Positions 53,350 to 64,000 of a DNA stretch of 64,000 bases are shown here, in pieces; position 1 is the stretch's first letter; each line of letters begins with the position of its first letter. The DNA comes from Octopus vulgaris (taxonomy: Eukaryota). A model generated the notes under the pieces. The model saw only the letters and a program-made list of their open reading frames with translations, was not told the origin of the DNA and ran no database searches. The DNA lies in NCBI GenBank assembly GCA_951406725.2, contig OX597817.1:5146001-5210000 (forward strand), in the 5' to 3' direction. The translations under genes were made by a program, and so were the position numbers.

Positions 53350-54000
53350 AATAATGATATTTTGAAACTTTGACTCAATGCCAGCAATTTTAGTTGGAGG
53401 GATTAGTCGATTTACATCATACTTAGTATTTATTTTACAGACCCCAAAGAATGAAAAGAAAAGTCGAACATGTTGGTACTTGAACTAAGCACGTAAAGCC
53501 ACATGAAATGCCGCCAAGTATATTGTCCGGGGTTCTAACGACTCTACTAGCTCACCACCGACAGAAATGCCACTTGGCATTTTATCCAACGCGCTACTGA
53601 CTTTGACATTTTGCCTCCTAAATAATTATTTCAGATTTTAGTACAATGTCAGCAGGTTTTGGGTTCGATTGTATTAAACCCATGACTTCAGTAGTACTTA
53701 ATTTTATCAACCCCGGAGGAATGAAAATCAGAGTTAAACCCGGTGGTATTTGAACTCGGAACAGAATGAAGAATTACTGCTAGGCATCCTGCCCAACCAT
53801 TTGTCGATTCTATCAACTCATCACACTAGCTGCTTTTAATAACGGTTATAAATTTTGGCACAAGACCAATAAATTTTAGGGGAGTAAGCGGATACCTTCG
53901 AACCCAGTACTAGACTGCACTTTATCTAATCAGCCTCGAAACGATGAAAGGCAAAATCAATGTTCATACTGGTTATATTCGAACTCAGATCGTAAAGTCT
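53350..54000 (-). mobile_element. cluster of about three degraded SINE family B copies
   Basis: Repeated motif (A)GAATGAAA..AAAGTC..TTTGAACTC near 53445, 53715 and 53940. Confidence 0.55.
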
Positions 54001-54075
54001 AGGAAATAATTTATTTGCAGCCGGGGTGTAAGGAGCCAGTGACAGTTTGTGTGTGGGCTTACATAAAACAGTGAA

Positions 54076-54123
<48 letters not shown>

Positions 54124-54159
54124 TGTATATATATTTGTGTGTGTGTGTGTGTGTCTGTG

Positions 54160-54213
<54 letters not shown>

Positions 54214-54997
54214 ATATTGTGTTTTTAATTCTATATGCAACAGTAGAGACAAAATATAATCTCTATATAAATAGAAGGACGTGTTGACTCTAATATTAAC
54301 AGTGAGTTCTTAGATAATTTTTTACATAACCTTTATTGAAGAAATTGTCTGCTAGGAGTATAATACAAAAAAAAATTAAACAGAAGCAAAGTGAATAATA
54401 ATTTTCAGAATATAGCATGACGTCATGTCTGGAAAGTTACCGTTTCCAATGTTGGTTAGATACACAGATTCAAGTATACAAAGAGGTGATAGCAATAGAT
54501 ATTTAGAACTAACAAACAGAAAATTACATACATATGCACACTGAAATAACACACGCTCACAAATATATGCACACACAAACGCACACACACACACACACAC
54601 ACACACGCGCTCACACACACATATATGATCGAATATATATATATATATATATACATACATACATACATATATGTATATACTTAAGTTTGAATATATAAAT
54701 GCATATATGTTTCCGTGTGTACATATATATATAAATATATGTTTTTGTATGTGTATATAGGTGTGTGAATGTGTGTGTGTGTGTGTCTGTATATATATAT
54801 ATATATATATATGCACATGTATATCCGTAAGACAGTGTGTTTTGCTGTATTTGCACTACTCTTAACGTTCTTAGTTCAATTCGTATCGCTGCCAACTTTT
54901 TATTTTTTAAGCATTGAGATCAATTTCAATGAGTCGCAAACTCCATAGAAACGCGTTCTTTTATATCTAAGTTACCAAATACTACCCTTGTAACTGT

Positions 54998-55047
<50 letters not shown>

Positions 55048-55059
55048 TGAAATTGAGGC

Positions 55060-55270
55060 ATCAAGCTTGCAGTATCGTTACCACACCGTGCAACGTGCTT
55101 AGCCGCATTTCTTGAATCTTTACGTTCTGTGTTCAAATTTCGCTGAAGTTGACTTGGCTTCCGATCCTTTCACGGCCTCTGAAATACGTACCAGTCGCGC
55201 GCTGTGGGGCGATGTAATCGACTACCCTCCTCTCCAAAAAATATCAAGCCTTGTGCCCATAACAAAACTG

Positions 55271-55302
<32 letters not shown>

Positions 55303-55500
55303 ACAAGGCAACAACCTGCCACAGTCGTTAACAGTAGTGTCTTATCTTTCGCCTCATTCCGTTTTGAGTTCAAATCTTACTAAAGTCAGTATTGTCTTAA
55401 ATCCTTTCGGAGTCAGAAAAAAATAGTACCACATTCAAGCCCTAGGCCCTGTGTAGTTCGCATGGCCCCTCACCTGACGATTGCTGGTCTTGTGCTAGAA
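55060..55500 (+). mobile_element. two degraded SINE family B copies, each following an (ACT)n array
   Basis: TTACGTTCTGTGTTCAAATT..ATCCTTTC and GTTTTGAGTTCAAATC..ATCCTTTCGGAGTC. Confidence 0.6.
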
Positions 55501-55909
55501 TTACGATGGACTATTATTATTACATTTTACATATCATTTTCTCTAAAGGAACGTGATACCCGCAATTCTGCTTGTGATCAAATAACAGATTCGATTTGAT
55601 AGTTACCTGGTGAATGGCGTTTGATAAAAGTAAACAGTAGGGAAGCCTATGCGTACATGTGTGTGTGTGTGAGAGAGAGAGCGAGAGAGAATTGTCAGAG
55701 AGAAAATAGTGTGGTGGTATATGTATATGTGCATGTATGTGTGTCTGCGCGTGTATGTGCGCGCGTGTGTGTATGTGGATGTAGCTATGTGTGAATGTGT
55801 GATGGTAAGTGCATGAAGTGAGTGATGGGCATAAAAACTAATTATTATCATATCATTATACGAAATCAAGTTGAGCTGTTTACTTTTTTTAATGTCTAGC
55901 AAACATCTA

Positions 55910-56122
55910 GAAATAACGTACGCTGGGCCAAATGCTTGGCGGGATTTCGTCTGCCGCTACGTTCTGAGTTCAAATTCCGCCGAGGTTGACTTTGCCTTTC
56001 ATCCTTTCGGGATCGTTTAAATACGTACTAGTTACGCACTGGGGTCGACGAAATCGACTTAATCCGTTTTCTCTCCTTCTTTGTCCCCTCTATGTGTAGC
56101 CCCCTGTGGGCAGTAAAGAATC
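55910..56122 (+). mobile_element. SINE family B
   Basis: ATTTCGTCTGCCGCTACGTTCTGAGTTCAAATTCCGCCGAGG..GTGGGCAGTAAAGAA. Confidence 0.85.
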
Positions 56123-56143
56123 AAGATAGATAGATAGATAGAT

Positions 56144-56227
<84 letters not shown>

Positions 56228-57111
56228 CGGCGAACGGACGGACGGAGGGAAGAACGGATGGACAGAATAACGGAAGAACGGTTGGATGAACGAATGGATG
56301 GATGGATGAGTTCTCGTCTTAGTTCCTATTGATATTGCAGATAATGTTGTTGCTGTTGTTATTACTTCTGATATTGTTGCATCTGTTGTCCTTTCAAATG
56401 CTGCCTTTTTTGTTGTTGCTGCTGTTTGCCATTTCTGTTGTTGGTGGTGTTATTGCTGTTGTTTCAAACTACCGTTGCGACCAATCTCGTAAATTAACAG
56501 AATCGACAGATCGCCAGACAAAATGCCTTGGTGTATTTACTTACTTTACATTGTTAGTTCGAGACATGACAGGATTAACTTACCGGGGACGATAACATAG
56601 AAGCACCAGTCAAATAATTAAGTTGATGTACTTAGCAATACTCAATTCCAAACTATATGGCTTTATCCCTAGGTAAGCTATCGTAATTTCTGTTGCGTTT
56701 GTCACAGCTTAATATATTGTAATGATGTTGTCATCATCCTCGGTCTACTCCTCTTCGGCAAAAAAAGAAAAAATGACAGAAATTGTTTGAAACATAACTC
56801 GCCATTTTCGCATCCCTAGGATTAAGAGATCTCTGACTCCTTCTTTTTGTTTGAAAAAAAGCTTTAATGTAATTTGGCTGCTAATTTTAATTTACCGAAT
56901 TACAAAGTAATATCTTCTTCATTTGGAGAGTGTTATATTTGCCGATATTGTTATATATATATATTTATACCTCTGAACGCACACACAAATACACGTACAC
57001 TTGTAAATGTACGTCTATGCCTGTACGTTCCAGACATCGTTACTAAAGTAACATGTCTCAGGAAAAAACTAAAAGGATCAATACGCAGTCTCCGAGAATC
57101 TCGTTGAATGA

Positions 57112-57180
<69 letters not shown>

Positions 57181-58843
57181 CCTGTGTCTCTGGTTACTTT
57201 GTAGAATGGTTTCATGCCATCATCCTGAAATTTTGAAATAGCAATTGAACTTCCCTGGTACTTTAATAGAATCAGCAAATGCAACCTAAATTCTTTACAG
57301 ACTCGGTTCGTTTTCAATAAATTGCATCCAAATTCGGGCACATCATACTATATCTTCTTAAAAGATGGCACGAGCTGCAGTAGAAGCATAGGTGAAATAG
57401 TTGAATGGTCACAGTGTTTCACTTGTGTTTATTTATTGATAACATGTGTGAGATTTACATTTCAAATTGGAATTACCACAGAGCAAATTTTTTCGTCTCT
57501 GAAAGTCGTAGAAACGGCTTGGTGTAACGAGTAGAAGAAATGGAGAATTAAAATTGGAGAGTTAAAACAAATGGAATATTTAGGCGAAATTGGCCGTTGT
57601 CTACAATAATTCGGCGCGTGTAAATTAAATTGCATGTAACGATATCAGATAAATAGTATTGCTGTTCTGTAGGAATGTATATTTACAATAACAAAAGTTA
57701 ATATTCCAATGTGTACTGAATTGCATCAATGTATTAATGCAATGACAATAAAAATACACAAATAAGACATTTGATATAATTTAACTAAATGCGAGATTAA
57801 CTATATAAGATGGGCGGATAGTATATTTAAGCATAAAAGTTAAAGGTGAATAAAGTATGAATAAAAGTATGCTGGGTGCTTGGGAGCTAAAGGTAATAGC
57901 ATGTTGCAGAGTGATCTTGATCAATCAGTCGAATATGTTGTATTTGTATTCGAAGAGAGAGTCATTGTGTCTGGTAGTTGTACCGTTTCAGGTATTCCTG
58001 CGTGTGTGCGAGGAGTACTTGAACGATGAAACGTGGTGGCGATGCAATAGAGATATTTTTTTTTAAAAAAGCATACAGTTTGCAATCGGGTGAAAGTGTA
58101 TGAAAAAAGAAGGTGGTGGAGGAAAAGAACAAAATTAAAAGAAACAAAAAAGGAGCAGGAAGAGAACTTTATATTTGAAATTTTAAAATAAAGGCAGATA
58201 AAACTGATACATACGAAACAGAGGAAGAAATTAGCAAAACAGAAAAAGAGAGAAATGAGAGAATGTGATATATAAAAACGGAAAGAAAAAGATTAATAAA
58301 GACAAAAGACATGATAGAAAGTGTGAGTAAGGAATTTTAAAAGAGACAGAGAAGAACTAAATCGAGAGACAGTAAGAGAGAGATATAAGGCTTGATTAGA
58401 AGATCGAAGGAACAGATAAGAAATTGAGATTAAAAAAAAATGTTGGTATCGTAGAATAAAAGAGAGGGAATGTAAGAGAGGGGAACGGGAAGATGGTGCC
58501 TGAGACAAAGAAGAAAATAAAAAGGTAGATAGAAAGAGAAATAAAGTAGGATGCAGAGAGGGTGAGTATTAGAAATAGAGAAAGAGTAGAAGGAATGTAA
58601 ATTGAATGAGAGTTAAGACGACAGGAAGAGATGAAGAGAATGAGACGAGAGGAAAATAGCATAGATGGGTAAGAGAAAGCTCGTATGTGAGAAAGGGTTA
58701 GAATAAGAGAAAGACAGATGGAGAGAATGTAGGAATAAGAAGGGAGGGAAACAAGCTGAATGAAACAGAAGTAGTAAGAAAGTGGGAAAACAAAGTATGG
58801 TATGAATAAAGAAGACCGAATATAACTTGGGTTAATACAGCAA

Positions 58844-58913
58844 AATACAGCATAGCTTAATATAGCAGAATACAGCATAGCTTAATATAGCAGAACAGAA
58901 CATGGTTTAATAT
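58844..58913. repeat. 25-bp minisatellite, about 2.8 copies
   Basis: AATACAGCATAGCTTAATATAGCAG repeated. Confidence 0.85.
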
Positions 58914-59129
58914 GAATGAAGTTGGTAAATTTGAATAAGTCGGTGTGCCGTGGGTAGGGTAAAATCCTAATAGATTTGTGTCTTCTTACAGCATACTAAA
59001 TAATCTAATTTTTCCAACTAAAATTGCAAATTGAATATAATTGAGTATTTGGTTCGAAAGATCGCTCCATAACTGTTTGGTTTTAGGTTTAATTTCATTG
59101 TGAGGTGCTGTGCAGTAGCCTAGAGTTGG

Positions 59130-59332
59130 CAAATACATCGATACTTGTGGTTGTGGGGTTGATGAGGGAAACTGTGCTGAAGCTCCACCTGCAACCCCAT
59201 GCGGTGTCTATCTTGATATAAGGTCACCATGTCGCGCACCTTTGGCTTTGATGCATGTGCCTGGTGTACTCTTATCAGACGGGTGGTTATGATGGGTATA
59301 TTCGTATATTTAAACCTGTCTCCCGCAATAAA

Positions 59333-59414
<82 letters not shown>

Positions 59415-59955
59415 GCCCTGATGCCGTACCAGACAGTGGCTCTCATGGCTACAGAGCTTAACTGATTGGAAGTGTTATCATGTACATTGCTTTGTCTTGG
59501 TATAAAAGTTGGGCTACAGCAAATATTCTGCTCAATACCACAGTTGTTTGACCTTAACCAGTTGAGCATATCCCTTAATGGCTGACGATATGTATATCTC
59601 TGATCATGAGCAGAAGTAGTGGGGGAGCATCATAGCCATGTGTTGAGAGGGATTCTTTGGGTTTTGAATAAATCACCTCTGGAAACATGCGTGTTTCGTT
59701 CAACATCGTTAAACAACCCTTATTCAGGGACCTTTTGAGCGGGATGGGCTACTCGACCAGAAGAAAATTCTAACTAGGCCCCACGTGTAATGTCATGTGC
59801 TGTTTATCTTTATATGAGATAACCATGTCGAGCACATATGGTTGTGATGCATGTGCCTGGTATACTCTTATCAGACATGTAGTCATGATGAGTATACTGG
59901 GCTTCGTATATCTTACCCCAGTGTCACTTTGATAGCATGCACTGCTCTCTCACTC

Positions 59956-59956
<1 letters not shown>
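59130..59956 (+). mobile_element. two tandem 3' ends of a retroelement family terminating in (AAT)n
   Basis: 59185-59330 and 59780-59956 are homologous (CCATGTCG..GATGCATGTGCCTGG..TACTCTTATCAGAC..ATGATG.GTATA); each is followed by an (AAT)n array. Confidence 0.7.
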
Positions 59957-60003
<47 letters not shown>

Positions 60004-60006
<3 letters not shown>

Positions 60007-60343
60007 GTGTCTCTAAAAGAAATGGAGAAACTCTCAAAATACAAAGACCTGGAAATAGAGGTAACTAGAATGTGGAATCTGAAAACAGAAACAATTCCTA
60101 TCATAGTAGGTGCATTAGGCATGATAAAAAAATATTCAGACAAATACATAACAAAAACACCAGGACTTACAAACACATATAACATACAGAAAATTGCACT
60201 ACTAGGCACTGCACACATCCTACGCAGAACACTTTCCATACAATAACCATCAGAGCATCACAACAAATCTCAGCACATACCCAAGGCACACAGAGCTGCG
60301 CTCGGTAGTGAAGTGAAAGCACGCTATAAAAATAAAACTACTG
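60004..60343 (+). mobile_element. 5'-truncated R4/Dong-clade LINE (end of RLE endonuclease region plus 3' UTR) in (TAA)n
   Basis: Uninterrupted NVSLKEMEKLSKYKDLEIEVTRMWNLKTETIPIIVGALG...IQKIALLGTAHILRRTL*; flanked on both sides by (AAT)n. Confidence 0.9.
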
Positions 60344-60367
60344 AATAATAATAATAATATTAATAAC

Positions 60368-60442
<75 letters not shown>

Positions 60443-61054
60443 GCAATTATACATGTGCACATAAGGCAAGAGAGTAAAGGGAGGTAGAAATAATAACTAT
60501 AGAACTAAATTTCTGATAACTATAAATTTAAACCGTTGTTCCATCCAAAACGATTCTTTTCCTCCCTCCATCTCTATCTATCTCTCTCTCCGTAAAGTAT
60601 TTACATTATCCTATAAACTCTTCTGTACCTAAGGCGTTAGATTGAGATTCAAAAGCATTCCACAGCCATGTCTAGCTTTTCGAGGGACTGTATTGCAGAG
60701 GCGTTACTTTTCGCTCAAATTATCAATACTAGGGTTTGCTAGATTTGCTGTCTCAGCTGTTCAATCTTAATAAGACTTGCCTGAAGGAAATCTAATCAGA
60801 TATGTTCCAGGCGTGTCAATCTTCACCCTTTTTATAACATTGAATATCATAGATTATATCATCCAATGTTATGCACGTTGAAAGCTCCGAGTTCTACTAT
60901 TTATAGAAAATCATGCAATGTTTCTGGATCTCGAAAATCTATGTAAAGAGAAGAAATACGATCTAGCAATAAAACTCCTCATGATAACTACACTTAATAG
61001 AAACTACAGTCAAATATTTCTCATGAGACACTCTTCCTTAAATATATGGAAACA

Positions 61055-61316
61055 CCATTTACATTATTTACAATTGACGGTTATTTGTCCTCATCTTGTT
61101 TGTTGTTAACACAACGTTTCGGCTGATACACTCTCCAGCCTTCATCAGGTGCCTTGGGGAAAGTTTCGAACCTGGGTTCCCCAGACACCTGTTGAAGGCT
61201 GGAGGGTATATCAGCCGAAACTTTGTGTTAACAACAAACAAGATGAAGACAAATATCCGTCAATTGTAAATAATGTAAATAATGTACATAATTCCTAATC
61301 TCTTAAATATAGAACT
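61055..61316. mobile_element. palindromic PLE-type insertion with a hammerhead in each arm and a 13-bp TSD
   Basis: Arms 61057-61161 and 61177-61280; TSD ATATATGGAAACA at 61042-61054 and 61317-61329; HHRs at 61108-61153 (minus strand, intact) and 61184-61229 (plus strand, two core mutations). Confidence 0.85.
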
Positions 61317-64000
61317 ATATATGGAAACATATTGTGTAATACAGTTTACCTAAAAACAGGACGATCGTGGGTGAAGCAAATTTGGTCATAGGTCCGTTCA
61401 GATGATAACTGTGGATAGATAGCAACAAGGTAGTAGAGTCTAAGAATGAAGCAGCCCAATCGACTAAGTCTTTCTTGCAAATATATCTGGGCTCCAGTCT
61501 TCATATTACTAGATGTTAGTACATGGCGAATGACAGTTGTACGCGATAGTCTCTTTCACGTTAATTTCTTAGGTAAAGAATATCCACCGCCAGTTGTTAG
61601 TCGTGTGTATCAGTGCTGTTCTCACGCAAATCAAATCAACGACTTACGATCTTGAAGACCAGATCTATATGTATTTGAGAATGAATATATTGATTAGTTA
61701 CATATAAACAAATTTATAAATTTGTAAACGGGAAATCAATGGAAAATATGGCTGTTGCTTATTATGCAAGATAAATTGGATTTTACAACACAATATAAAA
61801 GAAACGAAAATAAATAAGGAATTATACTTAAAACTGATGCTTAATATCTTTTGGCAATTTGCTAACTTGGAATATATTAAAATGATTTTCCTATTGCTAC
61901 ACCGTTTTCTACGCAACAAGTAGCACACCAATCATCTATATAACTGCTCTTGTTTCTAAAATATCAAACACTTCACTATTTTTTTTTTATTTCTTTCATT
62001 TATAATATTTTTATTTTTCCTACGGGTGTTACTACTTCGTTTCTTTCTCATGTTATGTGTTTTGTCATTTCAGAAATAGCATCATTCTTTCGTTTATTAT
62101 CATCATATTTTAACAAGCATCACGCAAGAATAATAACAAAGATTGTTAGGCCAAAGCTTAGACTATATTTACTGAAAGATGCCCATATTTATTTATATAA
62201 TCCTAAATTAAGAAACTAAAGGGAAAAATTATGAATAACTAAAAGAAATAGGAAGAAAGGAACGAAAGAAAGGAATGAAAGAAGAATGAATGGTAATGTT
62301 AATATTAAACGATGGGTACTTTTTTGTAATTTATTTTACATTATTATGGATGCTTCAGTTTACATCATATGAATAATTATACACTAGGTTTTTCAAAGTA
62401 CTATATGAACTCTGATGATTTGATTTTGCTACAAAGTTATATGCTTGTATTTATTACCTCTGAAGACTTTTGGAGATCTCGTCTCACTTTGGGGAATTCG
62501 TGTATAATGTGAACATCAGCCTCGATAATTCATGTTGGAGGACACAAACATGCCGTTGGAGTTATTACTATAGTTGTTTAACTTCACCTTAGCTCAGAAT
62601 CAATAGACATATGATCAATATCCCTCTTAAACATAATGTATCTAAGACCAAATTATCAAATGTGTCAATTGGTTGTTGTTATTTTTGGCAATACTTCATA
62701 TTTTAGACGTCTGTTTTGTTTGTGTTGATATTTTGAAGCATACTATCCTTGATTGAGCAGATCTTTAATCAAAGGAGCTCGACTTACGACCATCTAATTT
62801 CATACAGATATAGTGTTTCTAGGACTACACGCTATAATGGAAAATAGGTGTGTTTTAACGAAATTGTAGCTGTTATTTCTACCACGATGTATTTAATCGA
62901 TCAAATGGAAGCAGTCAATGGCTCGACAGTGAACTGATGAAGCCTGATGAAAAGACAGAAGTTTAGGAACAACCTTTGAATTGTTTCGATATAACAGAAG
63001 AAAAACTAAATTGTAAACGTGTATTGCACTGTGGTATCTATTTCTCTAACTCCTATTTTAAAAGTAATTTCATAGCTCTATGGAGTTCGCTTGGCTAGAG
63101 CAGCATATTGTAAATTAGTTTGTTTACAATATTCTGGCTACAGCAGCATATTGTAAACTAATTGGATACAAGCTATCATACTTAAAATATTGAGCTGAAA
63201 ATAATGCTTCATCAATTGGAATTATATCCTTAATGAAAAAATGAAATCTCTTTTGCGTTAATGAAAATTCTTGAAAGGGAAGAGAAAGACTCTGAAATTG
63301 AAAACTATAAGGATTAAACGGAAATATAAACTGGAGGATGAACAAATTAATTGAAGACCCAAAATTATTTTGAATCAAATAAACATATTATTCGGTAAAA
63401 CACGTCTTTATCTCAAGCACTCTGTGTTTAAAAAATAGTTTTCATTTCATTAAAATTTCATATTATTTCTACATAACATATATTGTAAAGAATAAAAATG
63501 TATTTCATAATTAAATTGCTGTATGTATGACTTAAATCAATTGTATTATTCAAGGTTAACGGTGTGTATCAATGTTTCCATATCGTTTCATATCGTTTAC
63601 TAGTTCAACCATTATTGGTTTGTGTTCTGTCATGTTTAGCATGGTCGCGCTGTTGTGACCTGTCGAATCTTTGATGCCAAGATTTTCTCTGCCTGCTTCC
63701 TTGCTCTGAAGGTGCACTAAAGGGTGGTTTTGGATAAGTTTATGCATTATTGTTTTAATGAATTCTGTAAAGATCTATGAAAGAAGATAAAATGAAGTCA
63801 TCATTACTAGAAAGAATTTTTTAAATGTATTTTTGCTCGAAAATGGGAAGCATTGCATGCCTTTGAGGAAAACAAAATTTCAAAAATGAAAAGACATTAC
63901 TATTAAAACATAAACGTTGTCTTCCATCTAAGACAGATTTTATTTGATAATTTTTAATATCTGAGATAAAACTATCATATTCAGATTTTCTTGGATACTG

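Noticed and set aside
63170-63960. Coding-like AT-rich stretch, possibly an old hAT transposase
   Set aside because: Frequent stops and no unambiguous motif.

Overview
This is a very AT-rich, microsatellite-saturated animal window of intergenic or intronic DNA. The tRNA-derived SINE families and repeat landscape match what I recall for octopus (coleoid cephalopod) genomes; this assignment is inference. I find no supportable host protein-coding exon, and nearly all ORFs in the track are read-throughs of microsatellites or SINEs. The window is a mosaic of four SINE families, GG-ended MITEs with 8-9 bp TSDs and internal TTAGGG-like repeats, non-autonomous Helitrons, a decayed mariner transposase, R4/Dong LINE fragments in (TAA)n arrays, an RTE LINE 3' end with tandem C2H2 fingers, fold-back elements and many Penelope-like (PLE) remnants. 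The most striking signal is about a dozen type I hammerhead ribozyme (HHR) motifs, mostly with short palindromic helix III. One lies in a 555-bp-unit, 1.35-copy non-coding element (44125-44876) whose 5' copy starts at the predicted self-cleavage site, making it a retrozyme-like candidate. Two more lie in the arms of a TSD-flanked palindromic element (61055-61316).
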